Position numbers and translations under genes: made by a program. Shown piece by piece: positions 27,514 through 37,384 of a DNA stretch of 64,000 nt. Under the pieces are notes generated by a model. That model saw only the letters and a list, made by a program, of their open reading frames with translations. It did no database searches and was not told where the DNA came from. This stretch comes from Clostridiales bacterium. Its GTDB lineage: Bacteria; Bacillota; Clostridia; Oscillospirales; Oscillospiraceae. Each line of letters opens with the position of its first letter. The first letter of the stretch is position 1. The stretch lies in assembly GCA_022787565.1 (NCBI GenBank), contig JALFVN010000073.1:24265-88264 (forward strand). Direction: 5' to 3'.

Positions 27514-29268
27514 TTATTGTTTTCCGGGCCGTTTTGACAGAAGGAATCTCAGCTTTGCGGGGAGATAAAGCAGTATGCTTCCCAGCCTGTACCGGCGAGA
27601 GGCAAGGGTCTGGTCCAGCATGGTACGCAGGCGTTCATTTTCGCAGGCAAGCTCGCGGGAGCGAAGATCGGACTGCTCCAGCAGTGCTTCCAGGCGGGCG
27701 CTTTCTTCACGCAGTTCACAGCAGCGCTGCTCAGATTGCTCCAGAGCAGCTTTCAGACGGCTGTTTTCCCGGGCCTGTTCACGATTTTTTTCCTCTGCCT
27801 GTGAAAGTGCGCTTTCACAGTCGGCCCTGGCCTGCCAGAATTTACTGTGCATCTGCCGGAAAGCAATTCCGGCTGTTTCCGAAAAAACGGAAAATTCCTC
27901 CCAGCTGATGGATAAGGCGCTTTCCTCAGCGACATCAGAGGAGAGAACGGCGTGAAAAATGTCTGTCCAGCATTTCTCCAAGTCGATCTGCGCCAAAAAA
28001 GCCGCCTCTTGTCGGGCCGCACTGCCCATACGGCAGCGAAGCCGGTCCTGGTTGAGCACGTCCGCAAGAGCGTCTGCCGCGGCATCAAAATTTTTCCAGG
28101 GCACCTGAATAACGGCTTCAGACTGCCTGAGCACGGTGGCATAGGGCATCTCATAGCAGACAACAGGCACACCGAAGGCAAGACTTTCGCCGAGAACCAT
28201 GGAATAGCCCTCAAAGTTTGAAGTCTGTAAAAGAACATCGGCCTGATAAAAGAGCCGGCTGACCTCGCTGCTGTATCCGGGAAAGGAGATGTGGCCGGAA
28301 AGTCCCAGTTCATCTGCGCGGGCTTTGAAGCGGGATATAAGCTCGGCCGGAGCGTCGCCGGCCATGGTCAGCTGCACATCGGGGACTTTTGGCAGCAGGC
28401 GGTAGAGAATATCCAGAACGTCCGCCGGGTTCTTCTGGGAAGAATCGAAACGGCCCAGCCACAAAACCCGGTGACCATCCAGCGGCGGTGCGGCACAGTC
28501 TGAAACGGAGAAGGTCGGCGGATTATGAACAGAAAAGACCCGCTTGTTGACCAGTGACCAGTAGAGCCTGTCCGTTTCGGAAAGGGTGACAATGGCGTCA
28601 GCCTGCCGGTAAATGCTGTGACTTTTCCAGACCGCGTCGGACATGCAGACGGTCTGGGCAATGAAAACATTGTGGCTGTGGGCGATAAAAGCCGCACCTG
28701 TGCTTTTTATTGCGCACATATCCCAAAAACTCTGGTAAAACAGCCATCCATGATAAATGACGGCATCGATATCATAGCTTTCCATTATGCGGCAGAATTG
28801 GGAAAAGCGCTCCCTGCTGCCGGAGCCGTCTATGGGAGCGGAGCCGCTGAGAACCGCTCTGATCACCTCGCGCTCAAGATAATAGTCTTCCTGCCGGGGA
28901 GCTTCATCGGTGATCAGGACCACGCGATAACCTGCTTTGCACAAAATATTGCTCAGCAGGCATACGACCCTTTCCGCGCCGCCGTTGTATGCCCTGGTGT
29001 AATACATGCCGACTGTGCGCACAGCCTTTTTTGTGCAGGGGAAAAGCCCGGCAATATCCAGCACGCCGGCAATATCGTAAGGATCGGTCCAGTATTTTTC
29101 TGCCAGCGGCGGGATAATATCGCGCAGAGAACAGCGCTGCAGAATAAGCCGGCTTCCGTGACGCCGGAAGTCTTCCGGCAGAGTGAGAAGAAAAGCAAAG
29201 GCTGAGACCGGATCCTCTTCAGCCTTTTTCAAAAGCAGTTGGTCGTATTCGAGATAAGAAGGGCTCAT
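27514..29268 (-). CDS. Glycosyltransferase family 4-like protein with C-terminal coiled-coil extension
   Basis: 584 aa. The GT-B core has GGAERVV and ...SNFEGYSMVLGESLAFGVPVV. The last ~120 aa are heptad-like (LSQAEEKNREQARENSRLKAALEQSEQRCCELREESARLEALLEQSDLRSRELACENERLRTML). Confidence 0.65.
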   Translation of the reverse strand: MSPSYLEYDQLLLKKAEEDPVSAFAFLLTLPEDFRRHGSRLILQRCSLRDIIPPLAEKYWTDPYDIAGVLDIAGLFPCTKKAVRTVGMYYTRAYNGGAERVVCLLSNILCKAGYRVVLITDEAPRQEDYYLEREVIRAVLSGSAPIDGSGSRERFSQFCRIMESYDIDAVIYHGWLFYQSFWDMCAIKSTGAAFIAHSHNVFIAQTVCMSDAVWKSHSIYRQADAIVTLSETDRLYWSLVNKRVFSVHNPPTFSVSDCAAPPLDGHRVLWLGRFDSSQKNPADVLDILYRLLPKVPDVQLTMAGDAPAELISRFKARADELGLSGHISFPGYSSEVSRLFYQADVLLQTSNFEGYSMVLGESLAFGVPVVCYEMPYATVLRQSEAVIQVPWKNFDAAADALADVLNQDRLRCRMGSAARQEAAFLAQIDLEKCWTDIFHAVLSSDVAEESALSISWEEFSVFSETAGIAFRQMHSKFWQARADCESALSQAEEKNREQARENSRLKAALEQSEQRCCELREESARLEALLEQSDLRSRELACENERLRTMLDQTLASRRYRLGSILLYLPAKLRFLLSKRPGKQ

Positions 29269-29393
29269 TTTTATTTTCCTTTCTTACACTACATCCTTCT
29301 TTGCTTAAAATTATGACATTACTATAAACCCTTGTCAAGGAAATACAGACCGAATGCGTCTGCGGAGAAGGAAATACCGGGCTTAATTGAATG

Positions 29394-29422
29394 TTGCAAA
29401 CATAAGGAAATAAAGGTATAAT
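29394..29422 (+). promoter_or_regulatory. Sigma-A-type promoter candidate for the Dlt-like cassette
   Basis: TTGCAA, then 17 nt, then TATAAT. It lies ~180 nt upstream of the ATG at 29601. Confidence 0.45.
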
Positions 29423-29600
29423 AAAAACATTAAGAATCTTAATTTTGGAAATATTTTGCTTTTTGGGACTGCTTTGTTTTTTGCCCGGCCGTTTCGTCCG
29501 GCAAAGGAGAGGCGGCTTTCCGCACGGGGCAAAGGGAACAGGGGAGAAAACTGCCGGTCCGCCGGGGCTGCGCAGAATGATTTGAAGCTGAGGGGAAAAG

Positions 29601-31229
29601 ATGGTCAGGCGCATTGTAAAAATTGTTGCTTTTTTTGTGATCGGGATCATGCTGCTTTTTGCTGTACAGGGTATTTTTGCTCCTAAATGGTATAGTGATG
29701 GAGCAACAAACCGGGTTTTGTCCGGTTTTTTTGCATTGGAAAACGATACGGCAGAAGTGCTTTTCCTCGGAACAAGTCATATGGGAAGAGGTGTATCCCC
29801 AATGAAAATATATGAGGATACAGGGATTGTTTCGTATAATCTCGCCACATCCGGACAGCCGTTGGAATGCAGCTACTTCCTCTTAAAAGAAGCCTTTAAA
29901 ACCCAGAGTCCAAAGGTTGTTTTCCTTGACGCAGGCAGAATCCTGAACGGAGAGGGAAATAACAATAATTCATATTGGCGGTATATTATTGATAATTTCC
30001 CGCGGGACGAGGTGTTTTGGGAGCTTGTTGAGGCATACAGTGAACTTCCGGACAGCGACGGCTCTTTGGCCGCATGGTTTCCTCTGATAAAATATCACTC
30101 AAGATGGGATCAACTGACGGAGGAATCCTTTGAATCAAGGTTTACAGGAGGGTACTACTCCGCCGGACAATATATCATGTCATATAGTTCTCCCTGTGCA
30201 CCTTCACAGCAAGTATTCGATGAGAAAGTGGCTCAGATTTCAGAAGAGTCAGTGATAACGATCCGTGCCGCAGAAGAAGGCGTACTGTCGGCTAAGGCAG
30301 TGAAAAAGGATGGCTACGCCCCTGAATTGACAGGGCATTGTATGGAATATGTTCTGAAAATAAAAAGCCTTTGCGAGGAAAATGGTGCGGAGCTTGTCAT
30401 CGTAAAGATCCCTTCTTATACATATTCCGGGTTAATTATGTCCGATAGCAACGCTGGAGACTACTCCTGGAACATCCTGAAATCCGATTTGCTGAGAGCC
30501 TTCACTGATGAGAACGATATACGTTTTATCGATATGATGTACGATGTCAATATCGTGGATAGCCTTTTCGATACGCATGACAGCGGGCACCTTAATGTGA
30601 ATGGAGCGGAAAAAGTTTCTGCTTTTATTGAAAAAATTCTCAGACAATATCATATTTCGCCGAATACAAACGGGAAATATGATGAAAATTTAGAGAAATA
30701 TCGTTTGGTTAGCACGGTTGCAAAACTGCAAAGCGAGAGAGATTTTCATCAGTATTTGGAAACACTGTCAGAAAACGCCGCAAATTGGCTGATTCTTATT
30801 TCCGCCTGTGACGAGTATACATACAGCCTCGATTCTCAGGATTTTGATAGTATGGAAAAGCTCGGACTTCACCTGGTACAGGAAGGGAATTTCAGAGATG
30901 CGTATGTCGCGGTGATCAATTCGGGAAACGTATTATATGAGGCAGTCTCTGAAGGACCGATAAGTTATGAAACGGTTTTGTGCAATCAGAAAATAAAGCT
31001 TTACAGTGGCGGAGGAAATAATTTTTCTACCTGCAACATTCTGCTTGAGGGCAAAGACTATTCCAACGGATGCAGAGGGCTGAATTTTGTGGTAATTGAT
31101 AAGGAGACCAATTTAGTCATTGACGCGGCTTCTTTTGACACGTTTTTGGAAGGTAAAACATTTACCAGAGCGGTAAATGAAACAAATACCCGTCTCAGAG
31201 CTTATGAGAGCGCAATCTGCTTCCAATAG
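29601..31229 (+). CDS. Membrane-anchored SGNH/DltD-like protein with extra C-terminal domain
   Basis: 542 aa: an N-terminal TM helix, an SGNH block-I-like LFLGTSHMGRG and a block-V-like DSGHLNVNGAEK. The gene is visibly AT-richer than its flanks. Confidence 0.55.
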   Translation: MVRRIVKIVAFFVIGIMLLFAVQGIFAPKWYSDGATNRVLSGFFALENDTAEVLFLGTSHMGRGVSPMKIYEDTGIVSYNLATSGQPLECSYFLLKEAFKTQSPKVVFLDAGRILNGEGNNNNSYWRYIIDNFPRDEVFWELVEAYSELPDSDGSLAAWFPLIKYHSRWDQLTEESFESRFTGGYYSAGQYIMSYSSPCAPSQQVFDEKVAQISEESVITIRAAEEGVLSAKAVKKDGYAPELTGHCMEYVLKIKSLCEENGAELVIVKIPSYTYSGLIMSDSNAGDYSWNILKSDLLRAFTDENDIRFIDMMYDVNIVDSLFDTHDSGHLNVNGAEKVSAFIEKILRQYHISPNTNGKYDENLEKYRLVSTVAKLQSERDFHQYLETLSENAANWLILISACDEYTYSLDSQDFDSMEKLGLHLVQEGNFRDAYVAVINSGNVLYEAVSEGPISYETVLCNQKIKLYSGGGNNFSTCNILLEGKDYSNGCRGLNFVVIDKETNLVIDAASFDTFLEGKTFTRAVNETNTRLRAYESAICFQ

Positions 31230-31288
31230 AGAGCGTCAGATTTTATCACGGAATTTACCTATTATTGTTTCGCTGGGGAAATTAGAAT

Positions 31289-32872
31289 ATGAGTTATCAA
31301 TCATTTGAATTTCTGCTTTTTTCAGCGGGAATTCTGCTGCTGTATTATATCGTCGGCAGAAAAGGACAGAAATGGGTCCTGCTGCTGGCAAACCTGGTTT
31401 TTTACGCGCTGGCGGGAACAGAGTATCTGCCTTTCCTTCTGGTCACGCTGCTGGCAAGCTACGGCGCGGGAAGATGGATGGGGAAGATCTACGAAGAGGC
31501 CGACGCGGAGCTTGCCTCCTGCCAGACGCCTGCGGAAAAGAAGCAGATCAAAGCCAACGCCAAGGCCCGGGCGAAAAAGGTCATGCTGCTGGCGCTGCTG
31601 ATCTCGGTGGGTCTCCTGGCCGTGTGCAAATATACCGGCTTCATCCTTCAGAATGTGAACATCCTGCTGGCCTGGCTGGGATTTGAGCAGATCGGCCTGT
31701 TCAAAATGATCCTGCCTCTGGGCATTTCCTATTATACCTTCATGGCCGTGGGCTATGTTCTGGACATATACTGGAAGCGCTACGGGGCGGAGAAGAATTT
31801 TGTCCTTTACGCGGTGTTTCTGTCTTATTTCCCACACATTGTCCAGGGCCCCATCGACAGATACAATAAGTTCAAACCCCAGATGGCAGAAGGTGTAAAG
31901 CTCAGCTATAAAAACATCACCTTCGGCGCACAGCTGGCGCTCTGGGGCTTTTTCAAAAAGATGGTCATCGCGGACCGGCTGGCGCCCTTTGTCAGTAATA
32001 TCTTTTCCCAGTATGATAACTACACTGGCATAATTTTTGTGATCGCCGTGGTGTTTTATGCCTTTCAGCTCTATGCAGATTTCTCCGGCTGTGTGGACAT
32101 TGTGTCCGGCATCTCCCAGATGTTCGGTATAAAGCTGGCGCAGAACTTCAATCACCCCTTCTTTGCCAAAAATATTCCGGATTTCTGGCGCAGATGGCAC
32201 ATGTCTCTGATGGAGTGGTTCAAGGATTACATCTTCTATCCGGTATCCACCTCAAACCTGGTAAAAAAAGTGAGAAAGCGTTTCCGGGACAAGGAGCAGA
32301 AGAAGCGGGAAGAGCTTTTTGCCTCCTGCTTCCCGGCGCTTATCGTGTGGATCATCACCGGGATCTGGCACGGCGCGGCCTGGAAGTATGTGGCCTGGGG
32401 CCTGTATAACGCGCTGCTGATCATTCTGGGCAACATTTTCGCGGACTTCAACAAAAACGCTGTGCAGAAGCTGAAAATCGATGAGGAGAACTTCAGCTGG
32501 CGGCTGTGGCAGATGCTGAGGACCTTTGCCCTGTGCTGCGTCGGGCGCATTTTTTCCCGTGCCGACGACCTGGCGGCCGCATTCGGCATTTTCAAAAACA
32601 TGTTCAGCGGTCTGGGCATGAAATACGTGGCAGGCGGGCAGCTCTATCGCTACGGTATGGGAAAGATGGATTTTCTTGTTGCGCTCACCGCCATGGGAAT
32701 ACTGTGGGCGGTGGACATGCTTCAGGAGAAAATGCCCCTTCGGGAGACCATTGCAAAGCAGAATCTGGTCTTCCGCTGGGTGCTGATCTACGGCTGCTTG
32801 TTCGCGGTAATCATTTTCGGCGTATACGGACCGGGATATGATGCGAGCAGCTTTATCTACGGACAATTTTAA
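31289..32872 (+). CDS. MBOAT family O-acyltransferase (DltB/AlgI-like)
   Basis: 527-aa polytopic ORF with FWRRWHMSLMEWFKDYIFYP and the conserved His in ITGIWHGAAW. Confidence 0.85.
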   Translation: MSYQSFEFLLFSAGILLLYYIVGRKGQKWVLLLANLVFYALAGTEYLPFLLVTLLASYGAGRWMGKIYEEADAELASCQTPAEKKQIKANAKARAKKVMLLALLISVGLLAVCKYTGFILQNVNILLAWLGFEQIGLFKMILPLGISYYTFMAVGYVLDIYWKRYGAEKNFVLYAVFLSYFPHIVQGPIDRYNKFKPQMAEGVKLSYKNITFGAQLALWGFFKKMVIADRLAPFVSNIFSQYDNYTGIIFVIAVVFYAFQLYADFSGCVDIVSGISQMFGIKLAQNFNHPFFAKNIPDFWRRWHMSLMEWFKDYIFYPVSTSNLVKKVRKRFRDKEQKKREELFASCFPALIVWIITGIWHGAAWKYVAWGLYNALLIILGNIFADFNKNAVQKLKIDEENFSWRLWQMLRTFALCCVGRIFSRADDLAAAFGIFKNMFSGLGMKYVAGGQLYRYGMGKMDFLVALTAMGILWAVDMLQEKMPLRETIAKQNLVFRWVLIYGCLFAVIIFGVYGPGYDASSFIYGQF

Positions 32873-32887
32873 GAAAGAAGGATAAAA

Positions 32888-33109
32888 ATGGAACAACTGA
32901 GAGAGATTATGACCAGCAAATTCCCCAGCATTGATTTTGAAAAGGAAAAGAACCTGATCGACGACGGCCTGATCACATCCATTGACGTTGTCGGCATCAT
33001 TACCGAGCTGGAAGATGCTTTCGGGATATCTGTCACCATGGAGTATATCCAGCCCATGTATTTTCAGTCACTGGAGAGCATGTGGGAAATGATCGAAGAA
33101 CTGGCGTGA
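32888..33109 (+). CDS. Acyl/D-alanyl carrier protein-like (phosphopantetheine attachment)
   Basis: 73 aa, acidic, with candidate attachment Ser in DDGLITSIDVVGIITELED. It sits directly after the MBOAT gene, as dltC does. Confidence 0.7.
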   Translation: MEQLREIMTSKFPSIDFEKEKNLIDDGLITSIDVVGIITELEDAFGISVTMEYIQPMYFQSLESMWEMIEELA

Positions 33110-33139
33110 TCGCGCTGCCTCCGCCGTCAGCGGAGGCGG

Positions 33140-34570
33140 TTGACTAAAACAGGCGGGGGGGCGGAAAAAAGCTTGATACAAGTCGTCATTGTAAGTATAT
33201 ACATATTGTTGACCATAGGAATAGGGATTTTTTCCAAATCTAAAGTCAAATCCTCCAGGAATTTTGACGGAAGCGGTTTGGGATTGCTTATGTGCGTGGT
33301 TGCAAGCGCGGGAGAATGGCTGGGCGGGACCTCTACCACAGGGGTCGCGGAATATGGTTATGAATTTGGCATTGCCGGCGCATGGTACACCATCGCAAAC
33401 GGCGTGGGCGTGCTTGTGCTGGCGATTTTCTTTGCCCGAAAGTTCAGAAGCATGAATCAGACCACAGTCCCGGGCATGGTGGGGCAGAGCCTGGGGAACC
33501 GCTCAAGGATCGTATCCAGCGCCCTGCTGCTGTTTGCCATGGTGGCAGTGGGCATATCCCAGATGGTTGCCATTGCCACTTTGGGCGAGACCCTGTTCGG
33601 ACTGCGCCCGACCCTGTCAATTCTGGTCATGGGCCTGGCTGTGCTGCTTTATACGGTGTTCGGCGGGATGCTGGCCGTAGGCTATACCAACATCATGCAT
33701 GTGGTCATCCTGTATGTGGGGAGCGTCCTTGCGGTCCTGGCCTGCGTGAACAATATCGGTGGTCTAAGTACCCTCCATGCGAGCCTGCCCGAGAGCTATT
33801 TCCATATGGACAGCATCGGCATACCCAAGGTCTCCTCCTGGCTCTTTGCCTCGGTATTCGGCGCCTGCGTCGCCCAAGCGGGCTTACAGCCTATTCTGGG
33901 CGCCAGGGATGAGAAGACCGCGGAAAAGGCCTCTTATCTGATCGCCCTGCTGGTGGCTCCCTTCGGCCTGCTGACCGCGCTGCTGGGCATGTACGCCCGG
34001 GTGCAGTTTCCCGGTCTGGAGAGCTCCAAGTTGGCCCTGACGACCCTGATCATGTCCCTGAATCCGGCTGCGGGCGGGCTGATCATGGCGGCTCTGCTGG
34101 CTGCCGTACTGTCTACTGCCTCGCCGATCTTCCTGGCCTGCGGGACGCTGTTTACCAGGGATATCTACGTCAGACTCCGCTCCGGCGCTGAATATGGTGA
34201 AGACGCGCGCACGCTGCGGATAACCAGAGCGGCGACATTTGCCTTCGGGCTGCTGTGCATCGGCGGCGCGCTGCTTTTCCATGATTCGCAGAGACTGCTG
34301 GATATCGTATACTTTGCCTACAGCATACGGGGAAGCCTGTTTATTATTCTTCTGCTGGGCATGTACTGGAGAAAAACCTCGCCCAGGGCGGCAAACCTTG
34401 CCATGCTGGCCACATCGCTTGTGGGGCTATTCTGGGTGGTGTACAAGAGCGCTGCCGGACATTATCCCATCCACCCGGCCTTCAGCGAAACCTATGCGGC
34501 CATGATCACGGCCCTTGTGTTTACGGTGCTGGGAAGCTTTGTGTGGAAAAAAGAAAAAATCAGCGCATAA
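33140..34570 (+). CDS. Sodium:solute symporter (SSS) family transporter
   Basis: 476-aa polytopic ORF. The start is ambiguous: TTG at 33140 or TTG at 33173 (LIQVVIVSIYILL...). It has typical SSS TM organisation. A stable hairpin, gcctccgc-cgtca-gcggaggc, precedes it. Confidence 0.75.
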   Translation: MTKTGGGAEKSLIQVVIVSIYILLTIGIGIFSKSKVKSSRNFDGSGLGLLMCVVASAGEWLGGTSTTGVAEYGYEFGIAGAWYTIANGVGVLVLAIFFARKFRSMNQTTVPGMVGQSLGNRSRIVSSALLLFAMVAVGISQMVAIATLGETLFGLRPTLSILVMGLAVLLYTVFGGMLAVGYTNIMHVVILYVGSVLAVLACVNNIGGLSTLHASLPESYFHMDSIGIPKVSSWLFASVFGACVAQAGLQPILGARDEKTAEKASYLIALLVAPFGLLTALLGMYARVQFPGLESSKLALTTLIMSLNPAAGGLIMAALLAAVLSTASPIFLACGTLFTRDIYVRLRSGAEYGEDARTLRITRAATFAFGLLCIGGALLFHDSQRLLDIVYFAYSIRGSLFIILLLGMYWRKTSPRAANLAMLATSLVGLFWVVYKSAAGHYPIHPAFSETYAAMITALVFTVLGSFVWKKEKISA

Positions 34571-34582
34571 TAGGGAGAAAAA

Positions 34583-36070
34583 ATGAGAAAAACTATTGTA
34601 GAGTGTGTTTATGAGCATGCGAAAGCCACACCGGACAAAACGGCGGTCATTGCCGGCGGCGTGGAGACTTCATACAGCCGTCTGTTTGCCCTTTCCAACG
34701 CCTACGGAAGCTTTTTGACGGCGCAGGGGCTGAAAAAAGGCGGCGTGGTAGTGACAAGAGCTGCCCAGACCCTGGAATACGTCGTGCTGTATCTGGGCGT
34801 ACATATGGCGGGCGGAGTGATCTCCTCCCTGGAAAAGAGCGTGCCGGATCAGGTCATGGGGCAGGTGGCAGACACGGTGAAGGCCCAAATGATCATCAGC
34901 ACGGAGCTTTCCGCCTTCGAAGGAGAGGGAAGAACCCTGGTCAAACGGGATGTGCTGGCCGATGCGGAGCGCTTTATCGAAAGCCCTGTCCGCCCGTTTC
35001 CGCAGCTTGAGGATTCGGCGGATATTCTGTTCACTACGGGGACTACGGGAAAATCAAAAGGCGTGGAGCTGTCCCACAAGGCTCTTGCGGCGACTGCGGA
35101 AAACCTGATTTACGGCTGCGGCTACAAGCAGGATACCGTCATCATCGTACCCGGCCCGCTGAATCACGCAAACCCCATCAGAAAGCTTTTTACGACCCTG
35201 GTGAACGGAAGCACCATTGTGATTCTGGACGGGATGATCGACATCCGGGCCTTTTTCAAGGCCCTTGACACCCCAGGCTCCATTGCCTGCTGCCTGCCTC
35301 CCTCGGCCGTGCGCATGATTTTTACGCTGACAAAAGACAAGATCGGCGAATATGCGGACAGGATCGATTTTATCGAGTCGGCCACGGCGCCGCTGCCGGA
35401 AACGGATCGGGAGCATCTCTGCCGTTTGCTGCCCAACACAAGGCTGCTGAACAATTACGGCTCATCCGAGTCGGCCTCTGTCTGCATGTATGACTACAAT
35501 AAATACCCCGGGCGTGTGGGCTGCGTGGGAAAGGCCATGCCCAACTCCCAAATTGTGGTGGTCAATGACGATAGAGAGATCATCCATTCTTCAAAGGACA
35601 ATATGGGTCTTCTGGCCTGCATCGGTGATGTGAATATGAAGGGCTATATCAACGAGCCCGAGCTGACAAGAGAGGTCCTTGAGGATGGGGTGGTATATAC
35701 CAGCGATGTGGGCTATATCGATGATGAGGGCTTTGTGTACATATCCGGCCGCAAAGGCGATGTGATTAACGTAGGCGGACTGAAGGTGGCTCCCACAGAG
35801 GTGGAAGCGGCAGCCCTGGCGCTGGATGGTGTGGTCGACTGCATCTGTGTGCCCGTGGACAATGCCATTACGGGAAAAGCCTTAAAGCTCATTGTGGTGC
35901 TGCGGGAGGACCTGCCTTTTGAAGTGAAGACCATAAGGAGCTTCCTCAGTACAAGGCTGGAGGCATTCAAGGTGCCCACGGTCTACGAGCAGGCGGACCA
36001 TGTGGCAAGGACCTACAACGGAAAGCTTGACCGGAAAGCATACGCAAACGGCGAGCTCTGCATGGTGTAA
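34583..36070 (+). CDS. Class I adenylate-forming enzyme (DltA/acyl-CoA-synthetase-like)
   Basis: 495 aa with FTTGTTGKSKGV, YGSSE, YTSDVGYIDDEGFVYISGRKGDVINVGGLKV and NGKLDRKA motifs. Confidence 0.85.
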   Translation: MRKTIVECVYEHAKATPDKTAVIAGGVETSYSRLFALSNAYGSFLTAQGLKKGGVVVTRAAQTLEYVVLYLGVHMAGGVISSLEKSVPDQVMGQVADTVKAQMIISTELSAFEGEGRTLVKRDVLADAERFIESPVRPFPQLEDSADILFTTGTTGKSKGVELSHKALAATAENLIYGCGYKQDTVIIVPGPLNHANPIRKLFTTLVNGSTIVILDGMIDIRAFFKALDTPGSIACCLPPSAVRMIFTLTKDKIGEYADRIDFIESATAPLPETDREHLCRLLPNTRLLNNYGSSESASVCMYDYNKYPGRVGCVGKAMPNSQIVVVNDDREIIHSSKDNMGLLACIGDVNMKGYINEPELTREVLEDGVVYTSDVGYIDDEGFVYISGRKGDVINVGGLKVAPTEVEAAALALDGVVDCICVPVDNAITGKALKLIVVLREDLPFEVKTIRSFLSTRLEAFKVPTVYEQADHVARTYNGKLDRKAYANGELCMV

Positions 36071-36087
36071 AAAGAGAAGAAAAATAT

Positions 36088-36123
36088 TGATGGCGGTCAT
36101 TCGGGAAAGAATGACCGCCATCA
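36088..36123. terminator. Bidirectional terminator hairpin between convergent genes
   Basis: tgatggcggtcattc-gggaaa-gaatgaccgccatca. Confidence 0.75.
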
Positions 36124-36125
36124 GC

Positions 36126-37382
36126 TTATGAGATCATATCCGTTATTGCTTTTGCCTTCATGCTCCAGTCGTTTTCCCTTGCTTCCTTATCCAGAAGGGC
36201 GATGTAGTCCGGATCCTCCCGGAGGGTCATGGCCTTGTCCAGCAGGGCGATAAACTCCTCATGGTCGTGGCCGATGAGGACGGAGGCATATTTCCGGCAC
36301 TCGTTCATGTCGGTGGTGACGATGGGCTTGTGCAGCGCCATGTACTCGAAAATCTTCACCGGGCTTGTGGAGCGGGTGATGTCGTTGATCAAAAAGGGGA
36401 TGGTCAGCACGTCGGCTCTGGCGGCGTAGTATTTCAGCACCTTATAGTCCCGGGGACCCATAAAGTAGATGTTTTCCTCGCCGGACAGGTTCTCATCGAA
36501 GGATTCATCGTACTTGATGCCGAAGAGAACCACACTGTATTTTCCGGTCTCAGCGATCTTTTTTACCAGATCATAGTCAAACCACTTGGCCAGGGCTCCG
36601 TAATAGCAGACGATGGGCTTGCCCTTGTCCAGCACGGCCTGAAACTCCGGCTCAAAAACATAGTCCCCGTCCATGTGCTGAAAAAATTCATAGTCCACGC
36701 CATTGGAGGAGAAGACCAGATTCTCCGTTCCCCGGTGGGCAATCACATCCTGCTTCAACAGCTCTGCTGTGACTACCACATATACATTTTTGTGGCTCAT
36801 CACATAGTCATATTTGTCGGAAATATTTTTGGGCAGAGTTTTGGTGCCGGCCAGCTCCGGGCTGATGTGATCGATGTATTCATAGATAAAGCCGAAGCCG
36901 GAATGGATGTAGTTTTCGATGTTCTCCACCGACAGCTTCCAGTCCGTGGAGTAGAGCTGGACGAACTTGGGCTTGTCCACCGCCGACAGCTCCTGCATTA
37001 AAATACGGTTTAAAAGGATATTATTGAAGTTGAAGAGCCACAGCCCGTCTGCCTTTTTTTTCAGGGTCTTTACCCGGTCGGTCATGGTGGTGACCTCGTA
37101 GATTACCAGAGAGCCGTTTTTGACCAGATTTCCCGCGATATGCTGGGGCCGCTGGAAGAGGGGAACATTGTAGCCAAAGCTGCTGCGCCAGAGAACCACG
37201 CGCTGCGCGTCCTCCGCCAGCATCTCCCGCACCAGACAGCGGTATTTTCCCGGCTGAAACAAGACGGCAAAGCTGATCCTGTCCAGATAATTGGCTACCA
37301 CATAGGCGTAGAGCTTTTTGCAGAAGCCGATGAAGCCGTATTTTTTATAGACGTTTACCAGCTTGGAAATCTTCTCTCTCAT
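36126..37382 (-). CDS. Glycosyltransferase (GT-B, TuaH-like C-terminal half)
   Basis: 418 aa. The C-terminal half, PIVCYYGALAKWFDYDL...SPVKIFEYMALHKPIVTT, is typical of GT4/TuaH-like enzymes. Confidence 0.55.
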   Translation of the reverse strand: MREKISKLVNVYKKYGFIGFCKKLYAYVVANYLDRISFAVLFQPGKYRCLVREMLAEDAQRVVLWRSSFGYNVPLFQRPQHIAGNLVKNGSLVIYEVTTMTDRVKTLKKKADGLWLFNFNNILLNRILMQELSAVDKPKFVQLYSTDWKLSVENIENYIHSGFGFIYEYIDHISPELAGTKTLPKNISDKYDYVMSHKNVYVVVTAELLKQDVIAHRGTENLVFSSNGVDYEFFQHMDGDYVFEPEFQAVLDKGKPIVCYYGALAKWFDYDLVKKIAETGKYSVVLFGIKYDESFDENLSGEENIYFMGPRDYKVLKYYAARADVLTIPFLINDITRSTSPVKIFEYMALHKPIVTTDMNECRKYASVLIGHDHEEFIALLDKAMTLREDPDYIALLDKEARENDWSMKAKAITDMIS

Positions 37383-37384
37383 GC

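Noticed and set aside
29601-36070. Calling the cassette a canonical dltABCD D-alanylation operon
   Set aside because: The gene order differs (D-like, B-like, C-like, symporter, A-like). The DltD-like protein is much larger and only loosely similar. A symporter is inserted, and no dltX-like small ORF was seen. Substrate identity cannot be read from the sequence.
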